In this document: positions 48,788 through 58,393 of the stretch, one piece after another
How the letters are laid out: each line of letters opens with the position of its first letter
Position numbering within the stretch: the first letter of the stretch is position 1
Source of the DNA: Acidobacteriota bacterium
GTDB taxonomy: Bacteria > Acidobacteriota > UBA890 > WLXD01
Length of the DNA stretch: 64,000 nucleotides
Assembly: GCA_965248695.1 (NCBI GenBank)
Contig: CBDFKD010000002.1
Coordinates: forward strand, 3,712,001-3,776,000
Direction of reading: 5' to 3'
Notes under the pieces: generated by a model
Database searches by the model: none
The model's input: only the letters and a program-made list of their open reading frames with translations
Told to the model about the DNA's origin: nothing
Position numbers and translations under genes: made by a program

Positions 48788-49870
48788 CTAGAACGAGAAG
48801 GCTCTCACGAGGTTGAAGCCGAAGCGGACATTGCTCTTGATGCCGGTTCTGAACGAGCCCGCAGCCATGAAGTCGGGTGTGGTCAGGGTGCTGTTCGACA
48901 CCAGCAGCTGGAACAGGTGACGGCGGACATGGATGCTCACGCCGGCCTGCCACTGGTTCATCGAATCGAACTGTTCGAAGCCGCCGACGTTGGCGATGTA
49001 CTCGGCGTCGATGCTGTACGTGGTTGAGAGACGCAGGCTGCCCCCGAACCCGAGCGCGATCGCGTAGCCGTCGCTGCCGGGGAAATCTTGCTCGTCAGGG
49101 TCGGTGGTGTAGATGGGGACGAACTGGAACGCCAATCGATCTCCCGCCCGCACTCCTATCGGTAGCTCGACGGTCAATCGATTGTTGTTGGGGATGCCGT
49201 TGGCGTCGAGGAACGTACCGCCGATGTTGGCAGCGACCGAGATCGGCACCGACGTCTGGCTCTCGTCGAGCAGTCGGATCTTGACGCCGAATTCCCAAGT
49301 AGCGAGGTTCGCGGTGCGACCGACGTAGGGGGCGATGCGATCTGTCAGACCAAAGGAGAACCAGAAACCCGGAAACGCGAAGCTGTCGAGTCCGTAGAGT
49401 CCCTCGCGGCCGGCGTCCGAAAGCGACTCGGAGAAGCGATGCGTGAAGTGCAGCTCGACCGTCTTCCTGGCGGGAAGGGCGGGTGTGGGCAGGTTCAACA
49501 GATCGATGCCCCACCAGGTGCGTTTGTCAGCCAGCGTCGGCGGTTCGAGACCGTTCAGGTAGGCGAAGATGTCGGCCAGATCCTCGTCCGACAACTCCTC
49601 GACGCTGAAGGCCGGCATGCGGCGCGAGCTCGGCGACCGCACCTGTTGGCGGACTTCGGCGAGCGAGAGGCGTGTGCCGGCCAGGGCTGGGCCCATCATG
49701 CCTTGTGCATCGCTGCCGTGGCAGGCGGAGCACTCGACCGATTCGTACAGCTCGAAGCCGTGCTCGGCATCCTGTGCGACCGCCGGGTCGGCCAGGAGCA
49801 ACAGGGCGAGTAGCGGCGCGGCACGTAGAATCGACCGCAAGGAAAAGCGTAACGAACGAAGAACTGGCAT
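48788..49870 (-). CDS. Cytochrome c fused to DUF5777-like outer-membrane beta-barrel
   Basis: Signal peptide, CSACH...MPAF class I cytochrome c, then LLNLPT...FTHRF...HLFQLLVSN...RFGFNLVRAFSF barrel ending in Phe. Confidence 0.8.
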   Translation of the reverse strand: MPVLRSLRFSLRSILRAAPLLALLLLADPAVAQDAEHGFELYESVECSACHGSDAQGMMGPALAGTRLSLAEVRQQVRSPSSRRMPAFSVEELSDEDLADIFAYLNGLEPPTLADKRTWWGIDLLNLPTPALPARKTVELHFTHRFSESLSDAGREGLYGLDSFAFPGFWFSFGLTDRIAPYVGRTANLATWEFGVKIRLLDESQTSVPISVAANIGGTFLDANGIPNNNRLTVELPIGVRAGDRLAFQFVPIYTTDPDEQDFPGSDGYAIALGFGGSLRLSTTYSIDAEYIANVGGFEQFDSMNQWQAGVSIHVRRHLFQLLVSNSTLTTPDFMAAGSFRTGIKSNVRFGFNLVRAFSF

Positions 49871-49973
49871 CAGATTCACCGAACGAGTATGGGCTGGCAC
49901 GCAGGGTGCGTTCAGGGAGACTCAACCTGTATTGTGCAACGCGGCCATGGCAGGATGCACGGCGCTCAGGGCT

Positions 49974-50264
49974 CTAGTGGCCTGTAACAGATGAATCGAT
50001 AGCGCCGCAGATGGGATTTGCGGGCGAGATCAAGGCGCGGCGAGGATGGCGATGCCGCGGCGCATCGTCGACGAGTCGCAACGCCGAGTTCGCCCGCAAC
50101 TGCCTATCTGTCCGCAGGCCAACCAGAGCAACAGTGGCGAAATGGGGCCGCCTGCTCTGTTGCTCCTCCTCGGAGATGCACCAACATCGACTCGTCGGAG
50201 CGCCTTGCATCCGACCCCATTTCGCCACCACGGCACTATCGATTCATCTGTTACAGGCCACTAG
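49974..50264. mobile_element. Full-length MITE (family A, subtype 2), inverted relative to 31553
   Basis: CTAG flanks, TIR TGGCCTGTAACAGATGAATCGATAG; reverse complement nearly identical to 31553-31843. Confidence 0.9.
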
Positions 50265-50273
50265 GTGCAATGT

Positions 50274-51339
50274 CTATAGGGGCAGTCGCTGCTGGCCGGA
50301 CCGTCGGAACGCAGCTGTGGAGAGCGGTCGACGTTGTGTGCTCAGTCCGAGGCGCCGACACGAGGCCGTAAAGAGCGCGGCGATCTGCTCTGCATAGGCG
50401 CCCTCGCCCTGCATGCGGCTGCCGAACCGCGGATCGTTTCGTCGACCGTTCCGGAGCGAGCGAACGCGCGCCATCACCTTGCGTCGGGTCGCCGCCGACC
50501 GTGATCGCAGCCAGGCGTCAAAGATGTTGGCTACGGCTCCTGGTAGTCGCAGTGGCGTATAGCCTGCCCGCGTTGCCCCGGCGGTGGCGGCGGCCTCGAG
50601 GATCGCAGGCATCTCGTGATCGGTGAGCGCCGGGGACAACCGGCGCCACCATGACCCCGCAGGGAACCCCCGCGTCGGCAATGCGCTGCAGCGCCCGGAT
50701 CCGACGCGCGGGTCGTGACGTGCGTGGCTCCATCGCGCCGCACAGCTCATCGTCCAGAGTGGTGACCGACACGTACACCACTGCAGCTCGATGCGCTGCA
50801 AGTCGCCGCAGGAGATCCAGGTCGCGTGTCACCAGCTCGTTCTTGGTGATCATCGCTACCGGATTACGGAACTCCACCAGTACTTCGAGGCAGCGTCGAG
50901 TGAGCTCGAGTCGGCGTTCGATTGGTTGGTAGGGATCGGTGACGCCGCTGAGGCTGAGCACCTGCGGGGTCCAGCGCTTGGATCCGAGCTCCCGGCGCAG
51001 CAAATCGGGAGCTGCGGTCTTCACCAGGATGCGCGTCTCGAAGTCGAGTCCGGCTGAGAAGCCGAGGTACTCGTGTGTCGGCCGGGCGTAGCAGTACACA
51101 CAGCCGTGCTCACAGCCGCGGTAGGGGTTCAGCGAGGCGTCGAACGGCACGTCGGGGCTGATGTTGCGGGCCACCACGCTGCGCGCCGTGTCGTGCAGAT
51201 AGGTGGTAGCCACGCTTTCCGGCGGCCCCTCCAGAGGCTGCAACCGCAGGCGTTCGAACCGGTTCGCCGGATTGTGCGGTACCCCTCTCCCACGCGGAAC
51301 CGTCGCGGGTGCGACGCTGTCGATGCGTTTTCGCGCCAT
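50274..51339 (-). pseudogene. PA0069/SPL-like radical SAM protein with +1 frameshift near 50628 (real or sequencing error)
   Basis: NPYRGCEHGCVYCYARP, TDPYQP, ITKN, MEPR in one frame; LTDHEMPAILEAA...LRLP in a second frame; removing one base joins VVPG to LTDHE. Confidence 0.8.
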
Positions 51340-51374
51340 ACTTGATCTCCAGGGTGAGGTAGCATACTAGACAA

Positions 51375-51950
51375 ATGTCTGTTTTGACGCGCGACATCGG
51401 AGAATTGCAACAGGCCGAGGCGGCTATCCTCGACCTGCTTGCACGAGTCGGGGTGCGGGCCGAACGGGGTGACGACGATCTACTGTTGCGCCAGGTCAGC
51501 GATCTGCAGGCCGACGAGGGGCTACGGCACCGCGTCGCGGTGGTGCTCGACTCGGCTTTTCAGGGCTTCTTCCACGGTGCCGCCGAGGGCTGCGCCTTCA
51601 TCTCCGTGGAGCGTTTCGAGGCCGAGCTGGGTGGATCACTCGAGCGTTCGTACCCCGGGGCCGGAGCCGCCTTCCTACGTTTCGCACGAAGCTACTGGAC
51701 GCTGCGCATGCTGGCTGGCCGACTGGCGCTGCGCTACTCGGGCACGGTCATACAACAGCTGCTGGTGACGATCGAAACCCGCGTCCGCGAGGCGTTCTTC
51801 CCCGACGTCGAGACCGACGACATGCCCGCCGATCAGCGGGCGCGGCTGCAGCGACGGCTCATCGAGCAATCCGGCGCGCCGGTGGACATCGACGCGTTTC
51901 TTCTCGGCAACCCATTGCTGCTGGGCAACCCGCTGGCTGAAGAGCCCTAG
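51375..51950 (+). CDS. Hypothetical helical protein
   Basis: 191-aa ORF with coding-like codon use; no recognised motif. Confidence 0.6.
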   Translation: MSVLTRDIGELQQAEAAILDLLARVGVRAERGDDDLLLRQVSDLQADEGLRHRVAVVLDSAFQGFFHGAAEGCAFISVERFEAELGGSLERSYPGAGAAFLRFARSYWTLRMLAGRLALRYSGTVIQQLLVTIETRVREAFFPDVETDDMPADQRARLQRRLIEQSGAPVDIDAFLLGNPLLLGNPLAEEP

Positions 51951-52033
51951 CGGCCTGTAACAGATGAATCGATAGTGCCGTGGTGGCGAAATGGGGTCGG
52001 ATGCAAGGCGCTCCGACGAGTCGATGTTGGTGC
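51947..52033. mobile_element. Truncated MITE (family A left end)
   Basis: CTAG-CGGCCTGTAACAGATGAATCGATAGTGCCGTGGTGGCGAAATGGGG... matches 31553; CTAG contains the upstream stop. Confidence 0.85.
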
Positions 52034-52043
52034 GGCCGGCGTG

Positions 52044-53303
52044 TCAGATCACGCCGTAGTAGCGCGCCATCCAGTATGGCAACAGCAGGTCGATGCCGGC
52101 ATGGCCGACGTCACCACCGCCGCCGCCCGAGAGCACGAAGGGGTCACGCTGCCAGAGAAAATCCGTCGGCACGCGCTCGGCTACAGGGATCACCGCGCAG
52201 GCGAGATTCTCTCCGCACGACGGGTAGATCTGTCCGAGGTCGACCCAGGTGTTTCGCCGCGGACGCTGCAACCACTGCTTCAGTAGCCGTCGGGTCTCGC
52301 GGTCACGTGCCGGATCGGGGCCATTGAGGACGCGGTCGATCATGTTGAAGTGCGCGTTCTGATGTGACCCGATCGTGTCACGCAGGATGTCGTAGGCCTT
52401 GCGATACTCGACGAGGTGATCGCCGGGTTCCTCCAGGCGAACCAGATGCACCAGGTTGATGGTGTCGAGATTGAATTTGAAATAGGAGTTGTGGGTGTCG
52501 GTGGCCTCGAGCGCGATGGGCACGTCGACGAGGTGACCGAAGGCATCGCGCACCTCGTCGTAGGGTCGGTCGAAGCGCTCTGGGTGGATCTGCCGTGCCG
52601 TCTGCAGGAACGCCAGCATTTGATCGGGCCGCGCCAAGAACGTCGTGCTGATGCTGCCGTCCGGGTTCTGTACGGTCCATGCACCGTTGCGCAGGTAATC
52701 GACGAGGCGGGTGACGATCGTGTGAATCTCGGCGCGGATGCCAGCCACCGGTACCAGCTCCCAGGCGAAGCCGAGGCCGAAGATCACGCCGGAGTACTGA
52801 TCGCGCGAGGTGTTGCCGGCCCACCGATAGTCGACGCCGTCATGCTGACCTTCGAACACGCCCTGATGAGCCTCACCGACGGTGATGGTCTCGACCCACG
52901 GCGAGTCGGCCGGGACCGCGCCGCGTGCCAGCGTCTCGTTGCCGGTGACCTCGAGCAGCACCCGAATCGCGTCGACTGCCTTGCGAACCTTCCTCTTTGA
53001 CTTGTTGGTGCCCGTGACGGCGTATTCGAAGGCGGCGGCAGCCAGATAGTGACCGGTCCAGATGGCTGAATCACCGGCGTGCGTGTAGCGCACGATCTCG
53101 TCGGAGGCCGGCCCAGCGTAGATGGGGTCGAAGACCGTGCCATGCGGCAGATGATGCCGTTGGAGATTGCGGGCGATGCGTCGCGACTTGCGGTCTAGCC
53201 GACCGGCCAGATCGCGCCGGTCGAGTTCCGCCGCCCGCGACGGTGGTGCCGGCGCACTGCTGATCAACAGAATGGTTGATAGCGCGACGGCCATGCTACG
53301 CAT
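52044..53303 (-). CDS. Secreted hypothetical protein, possible (alpha/alpha)-barrel glycoside hydrolase-like fold
   Basis: Signal peptide; DSAIWTGHYLAA, SRDQYSG, FLWQRDPF, D.LLPYWMARY; aromatic-rich helical pattern. Confidence 0.6.
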   Translation of the reverse strand: MRSMAVALSTILLISSAPAPPSRAAELDRRDLAGRLDRKSRRIARNLQRHHLPHGTVFDPIYAGPASDEIVRYTHAGDSAIWTGHYLAAAAFEYAVTGTNKSKRKVRKAVDAIRVLLEVTGNETLARGAVPADSPWVETITVGEAHQGVFEGQHDGVDYRWAGNTSRDQYSGVIFGLGFAWELVPVAGIRAEIHTIVTRLVDYLRNGAWTVQNPDGSISTTFLARPDQMLAFLQTARQIHPERFDRPYDEVRDAFGHLVDVPIALEATDTHNSYFKFNLDTINLVHLVRLEEPGDHLVEYRKAYDILRDTIGSHQNAHFNMIDRVLNGPDPARDRETRRLLKQWLQRPRRNTWVDLGQIYPSCGENLACAVIPVAERVPTDFLWQRDPFVLSGGGGGDVGHAGIDLLLPYWMARYYGVI

Positions 53304-53426
53304 GCTGAGAGAGCGAATGCACTGGCTTGCGAAGCTTCGAGTGGCGTCGTCGACAGTTTGAATCATTCAGATACGCTTGGTTATCAAACAGTGGGCGGAG
53401 CTGTTCCGAAAGCGTACCGCAGACCG

Positions 53427-53451
53427 CTAGTGCCGTGCTACAGGCCGCTAG
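53427..53451. repeat. Degenerate MITE footprint
   Basis: CTAG-TGCCGTGCTACAGGCCG-CTAG resembles the family A end TACAGGCC(A/G)CTAG. Confidence 0.45.
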
Positions 53452-53523
53452 CAAGAGCAGGCGAAGTGTGCTCTGACCGCACGGGTCAGAGGGCGCCGGC
53501 TTGAAAGGGCCTGTGAGAGCGGC

Positions 53524-55152
53524 CTAGTCGTCGCCCATATACGGGTATTCGTGGGACGTCGCCGGCGCGAAGGTCTCCTTCACTGTGCGCTGGGATACCC
53601 ACCGCATCAGGTTGGCCGGCGACCCCGCCTTGTCGTTGGTGCCGGAGGCGCGCGCCCCGCCGAACGGTTGCTGTCCGACCACGGCCCCGGTGGGTTTGTC
53701 GTTGATGTAGAAGTTGCCGGCGGCGTGCCGGAGCCGTTTGCTGAGCTTGACGATGTCGCGTCGATCGCGGGCGAAGATGGCGCCGGTCAAGGCGTACGGG
53801 CTCCCCGTGTCGCACAGGTCGAGAGCCTGCTCGATGTCGGCCTCCTCATAAACGTACACGGTCAACACGGGTCCGAAGATCTCCTCATACATGAGTCGTG
53901 AATCCGGATCTTGCGTCTGTACCACCGTGGGCTCGACAAAGAACCCGCGCGAGTCGTCGCAGTTACCCCCGGCGAGGACGTCATATTCGGGCTTGGAGTT
54001 CGCTTCGTCGAGGAAGCCGCTGATGCTGTCGAACGCCGGCCGGTCGATTACCGCACAGAGGAAATTGGCAAAATCGGTCGGCGGCCCCATTCGTAGCTGC
54101 CCGACGGTGTCGACCAGCTGATCCTTCACTTCGGCCCACAGGGGGGCGGGAATGTAGGCACGCGAGGCGGCGGAGCATTTCTGGCCCTGGTACTCGAAAG
54201 CCCCCCTCACCAGCGCTGTTATGAGCGACGCGGCGTCCGCCGACGGGTGGGCGAATACGAAGTCCTTGCCGCCCGTCTCGCCGACGATACGCGGGTAGCG
54301 CCCGTAGGTCTCGAGGTTGTCCGACATCGTGCGCCACATACGCTGGAAAGTGCTCGTCGAGCCGGTGAAGTGCAGCCCGGCAAGTTGGCTGCTGGCGAAG
54401 ACAGGGTCGCCGACGCGGGCACCCCGGCCGGGAACGAAGTTGATCACGCCATCCGGTAGCCCGGCCTCCTGTAGCAGGCGCATGACGTAGTAGTTCGATA
54501 GCGCCGCGGTCGACGCCGGCTTCCACAACACGGAGTTGCCCATGAGCGCTGGAGCGCCCGGCAGGTTTCCACCGATGGCGGTGAAGTTGAACGGCGACAC
54601 CGCGAACACGAATCCCTCGAGCGGACGGTACTCGACGTAGTTCCACATACCCGAGTCCGACTCCGGCTGCCCGGCGTAGATCTCTTCCATGTAGTGCGCG
54701 TTGAAGCGCCAGAAATCGCACAGCTCGGCAACCGCCTCGATCTCGGCCTGGTGGACGGTCTTGGACTGGCCGAGCATGGTGGCGGCGTTTATCGTGTCGC
54801 GCCAAGGACCGGCGAGCAGATCGGCCGCTTTCAAGAATACGGCGGCGCGCGCTTCCCAATTCATCTCTGACCACTCCCGCCAGGCTTCGGCGGCCGCTTC
54901 AATCGCCTTCCCGACGGTCGCTTCGTCGACCTGATGGCATACCGCGAGCACGTGTCCGTGATCATGGGGGCACACCACTTCGAGAGTGTCGCCGGTAGTA
55001 ACGTCCTGGCCACCGATGATGGCCGGAATCTCGATGCGGTCGCCGAGCATCTGCTCCAGGCGCGCGGTGATCCGGGCGCGCTCAGGGGAGCCGGGTGAGT
55101 AGGCGAGTGCGGGCTCGTTTACCGGAGTCGGGATGCGTGCGAAGCCGTTCAC
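53524..55152 (-). CDS. pruA: L-glutamate gamma-semialdehyde (P5C) dehydrogenase
   Basis: AAGGAG RBS before GTG 55152; TMLGQSKT, PFNFTAI, ETGGKDF, FEYQGQKCSA, EEIFGP, NDKPTGA. Confidence 0.93.
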   Translation of the reverse strand: MNGFARIPTPVNEPALAYSPGSPERARITARLEQMLGDRIEIPAIIGGQDVTTGDTLEVVCPHDHGHVLAVCHQVDEATVGKAIEAAAEAWREWSEMNWEARAAVFLKAADLLAGPWRDTINAATMLGQSKTVHQAEIEAVAELCDFWRFNAHYMEEIYAGQPESDSGMWNYVEYRPLEGFVFAVSPFNFTAIGGNLPGAPALMGNSVLWKPASTAALSNYYVMRLLQEAGLPDGVINFVPGRGARVGDPVFASSQLAGLHFTGSTSTFQRMWRTMSDNLETYGRYPRIVGETGGKDFVFAHPSADAASLITALVRGAFEYQGQKCSAASRAYIPAPLWAEVKDQLVDTVGQLRMGPPTDFANFLCAVIDRPAFDSISGFLDEANSKPEYDVLAGGNCDDSRGFFVEPTVVQTQDPDSRLMYEEIFGPVLTVYVYEEADIEQALDLCDTGSPYALTGAIFARDRRDIVKLSKRLRHAAGNFYINDKPTGAVVGQQPFGGARASGTNDKAGSPANLMRWVSQRTVKETFAPATSHEYPYMGDD

Positions 55153-55441
55153 CGGCGTTCTCCTTGGCAACGGTCGGTCTACCGGCTCGCGGTGTCCTCG
55201 CGACGGGCTACCGGGTTGATATAGGCTGCGTTTTGAGTGGCTCAGATCGGCCCCAAGACTACCTGAACGCGGCCAGGTGGGTCGGACGCGCGCCGGCCTC
55301 GGCTGCTACGATGATTTCCAGCCGCTCGGGGGGCTGTCTGCATGTGTTTTTTTTGCGGAAACCTTCCGCGCGCTTCGTGCGTCTATTCATTGACGGGGCG
55401 GTTTCATGCGCCCAGACGATCCCCTGAAGACTGAGCTGGCA

Positions 55442-55705
55442 ATGTCCGAACGAAAGCTCCACCGCGGCCACACCGCCTTGTTAGGCGTCGTTGAAGCGGG
55501 CGACGAATGCACCGCCACGCTTCGAAGCGGCACCGTCGCCTTCGACCACCACTCGCAGGATTTCCTCGTCGGCTGGTATGAGGACCTCAAAAGCTGGAAC
55601 TTGATCCAGGCCGAGGACTTCATGGGCAAGCACGGCAAGCTGGGAGAGACCGTCAGCCTCACGGGCGACGGGCGCGACGTGCTGGAGCAGCTTCAGCAGG
55701 CCTGA
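55442..55705 (+). CDS. Small hypothetical protein (possible winged helix)
   Basis: 87-aa ORF with C-terminal LT..G...L pattern. Confidence 0.55.
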   Translation: MSERKLHRGHTALLGVVEAGDECTATLRSGTVAFDHHSQDFLVGWYEDLKSWNLIQAEDFMGKHGKLGETVSLTGDGRDVLEQLQQA

Positions 55706-55763
55706 ACGGAAGGCTCGACACCGCCGGCTGGCATCCAGGCACACGGGTGCCGTCGAAATAGCC

Positions 55764-56054
55764 TCAGTCGCCCTCGATCATCGCCTGAGCCTCGGCCCAT
55801 TCGAACGCCCGCAGGGTTTCCGTGCGGACGTTACCCGACCGCCCCAGGCTCAACAGCACCGAGGCGGCAGTTTCGTCGTCGGGGGCCTCCAGAATCAGCA
55901 CACCATCGTGATTCCCCAGCGTCCAGTACTGGGCCACGACCTGGGCGCCGGCCTTTTCGGCCGCTTCCGTGAAGACATCGGCGCGGTGCGGCGAGTCCTC
56001 GATCTCTCGAATTCCCTGGTCGGTGAAGTCGAGCAAGACGATGAACGTAGCCAT
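55764..56054 (-). CDS. GYD-domain protein
   Basis: FTDQGIR, YWTLG.HD, EAPDDE, GNVRTETLRAF. Confidence 0.88.
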   Translation of the reverse strand: MATFIVLLDFTDQGIREIEDSPHRADVFTEAAEKAGAQVVAQYWTLGNHDGVLILEAPDDETAASVLLSLGRSGNVRTETLRAFEWAEAQAMIEGD

Positions 56055-56056
56055 GC

Positions 56057-56263
56057 CTATTGGCGGCCTGCCAGGCCGAGCGGGTCGAGCAATTTCCGAA
56101 ACTTGCCGGACTCGTCATAGGTACGCGCGATGCTGCCGTACCAGTCGGGTTGCGTGGGGTTGGCGCAGGAGGCTGCACCTCCGGAAAGCGTGCCGATGAC
56201 GAACTGATTGGGCCACTTCTTGCCGGCCCACATCGCCGATCCGCTACTGCCGCCTTCCGTCAC
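56057..56263 (-). pseudogene. C-terminal remnant of a trypsin-like (lysyl-endopeptidase-type) serine protease
   Basis: VTEGGSSGSA...VIGTLSGGAASC....DWYG resembles the catalytic Ser region; no room upstream for the His/Asp half. Confidence 0.6.
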
Positions 56264-56313
56264 TCTGTTTCTCCCATTCGGTTGCCCGAGTCAGTGGCGA
56301 GTCTAGTCTGTCG

Positions 56314-57588
56314 TCAGGGCGCGAGTCGGTTCCCCGCGATCCATACCGACTCGATGGTGCGCAAGTTGGCGATATCGGCGAGGGGGTCGGCAGTCAACAC
56401 GACCATGTCGGCCCATTTTCCCGGCGCGATTGTGCCGACGTCGTCGAGGCCGATGCATGCTGCGGCGGCGCCGGTAGCGGATCGCAGGATCTGCTCCGGC
56501 GACAGCCCGGCGTCCGCCATCAGCTCGGTCTCCATATGCTCGAAATAGCCTTGGAAGCGCGCCGGGGGCCCGCTATCGGTACCAAAGGCGATCGGGATGC
56601 CGGCGTCCGCCAGTGCCTTGAGGTTCGCCTGCGCCATGCGCAGTGCCTCCTTGTAGCGTGGCGCCGTCGGGCTGTCTCGATAACCTTGTTGTAGCTCGGG
56701 CTGGCGCAACGCCTCGAGCACATCGGCGTTCGCATGCGCCAGGAAGAACGGGTCGGCGAAAAACTCCGGCTCCGATTCGTAGACGAAGGTGGATACTTCG
56801 CGTGTCAGCGTCGGGCTGTAGCACACGCCGGTCTCCCGCAGCAGCTGGATGAGCTCGTCGTCGACGGCTACATCACGCACGCTGTGGGCGATGAAGTCGG
56901 CCCCGGCGGCCAGCAGGCCCTTGGCGTCGTCCAGGTAGAACAGGTGCGCCGCCAGGGGAAGGCCCTGATCGTGCGCGGCCTCGATGACCGCGGCGTATAC
57001 GTCCGGGGTCATCTTGGCGCTTGTGCCGAGGTTGTCGTCGACGCGGATCTTGATGAAGTCGACTCCGAGATCGTTGTTGGCACTTACCTGCGACTGCGCC
57101 TCCTCGGGCGATTCCGCGGTGACCACAGCGCCGGCGATTCGCAACCGTGCGTGGGTCAGATCGGCATCCTCGGCGTCGCGCACGCCGGCGCCCGCGACGC
57201 CATCGCCCCCGAGGCTCAGCACCGTGGTGACGCCGTAGCTGGCGTAGAGGGCCAGATGGTCGCGCACGTTGCGCTCCGAGTAGTGACCACCCTCGAGACC
57301 GAGCGTGTCGCCGACATGGCCGTGGGCGTTGATCAAGCCGGGGATCACGGTGCGGCCGGCCAGGTCGACAACTGCCGCCTGCTCCGGAACGGCAAGCGTG
57401 GCCGCCGACCCCACTGCCTCGATGCGGCCATCGCGCACCAGGATAACCGCGTCGCGGGTCGGTTGGCCGCCGGTGCCATCGATCACCGTGGCGCCGATGA
57501 ACGCCGTGTAGCCAGGCACGAGCTCCGGGGTACCGGGGCCGCATCCGAAAGCGACCAGTAGCGTCAGACAACCGAGAAAACGAATCAC
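56314..57588 (-). CDS. Amidohydrolase-family lipoprotein
   Basis: GGAGG RBS, lipobox LVAFGC, PGLINAHGH, AH, GTDSG, GTIAPGKWADMVVL..DPL. Confidence 0.88.
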   Translation of the reverse strand: MIRFLGCLTLLVAFGCGPGTPELVPGYTAFIGATVIDGTGGQPTRDAVILVRDGRIEAVGSAATLAVPEQAAVVDLAGRTVIPGLINAHGHVGDTLGLEGGHYSERNVRDHLALYASYGVTTVLSLGGDGVAGAGVRDAEDADLTHARLRIAGAVVTAESPEEAQSQVSANNDLGVDFIKIRVDDNLGTSAKMTPDVYAAVIEAAHDQGLPLAAHLFYLDDAKGLLAAGADFIAHSVRDVAVDDELIQLLRETGVCYSPTLTREVSTFVYESEPEFFADPFFLAHANADVLEALRQPELQQGYRDSPTAPRYKEALRMAQANLKALADAGIPIAFGTDSGPPARFQGYFEHMETELMADAGLSPEQILRSATGAAAACIGLDDVGTIAPGKWADMVVLTADPLADIANLRTIESVWIAGNRLAP

Positions 57589-57706
57589 GGTGAACCTCCA
57601 GGGCTTCTCACGTCGGCAGGGTACTGCCAGGCCGCCGCATTGTATCGCCGCGGCGTCATTGCGGGCACAATCTCTCACGCAACCGACTCGTGCCGGGGGG
57701 AGGGCA

Positions 57707-58393
57707 ATGGACAGCCGATTAGGCCGGATGGCGCCGCCACGTTGGTTGACGCCGTCGGTGGCGGCGCTGGTTGTCGCCAATCTGGTACCGCTGGCCGGTG
57801 TGCTTTGGCTGCGATGGGAGGTTGGCGATGTCGTCCTTCTGTACTGGATCGAGAACCTCATCGTCGGCGGATTCAACGTCCTACGCATGCTGGCTGTCCG
57901 GGTTCACGATCCGGCTGCATGGTTCGGCAAGCTGGTCCTCATTCCGTTCTTCCTGGTCCACTACGGCGGCTTCGCCGCCGTGCACGGCGTTCTGTTGACG
58001 GCGATGTTCAAGGTGCAGGGCTCGGGAATGCCGGATGTGCTCGACGGCACCAACTTCGACTCGGCGATCCTGGTGGTGCCGTTGCTGATCTGGGGAACAA
58101 TGTTGCACGCGCTGAGCCAGCCGGCGCTGGCCTACGGGGCGACGACGCTGATCGTGAGCCGCGCGGTGTCGTTCCTGATCAACTACCTCGGGGCCGGAGA
58201 GTATCGGGACGCGACGATGCAAGACCTGATGGTCAGGCCCTACAAGCGGGTGATCTTCCTGCACCTCGTGGTCATCGGTAGCGGCTTCCTGCTGTTGTTG
58301 ACCGGGTCGTCGACTGCGGGCTTGTTGCTGATGGTGCTTGCCAAGATCGGTGTTGACGTCACCGCGCACTGCAAGGAGCACGCCACGGCGTGA
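57707..58393 (+). CDS. Membrane protein (DUF6498-like)
   Basis: LVVANLVPL.G, LYWIEN, FFLVHYGGF..VHG, PYKRV..LH. Confidence 0.78.
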   Translation: MDSRLGRMAPPRWLTPSVAALVVANLVPLAGVLWLRWEVGDVVLLYWIENLIVGGFNVLRMLAVRVHDPAAWFGKLVLIPFFLVHYGGFAAVHGVLLTAMFKVQGSGMPDVLDGTNFDSAILVVPLLIWGTMLHALSQPALAYGATTLIVSRAVSFLINYLGAGEYRDATMQDLMVRPYKRVIFLHLVVIGSGFLLLLTGSSTAGLLLMVLAKIGVDVTAHCKEHATA

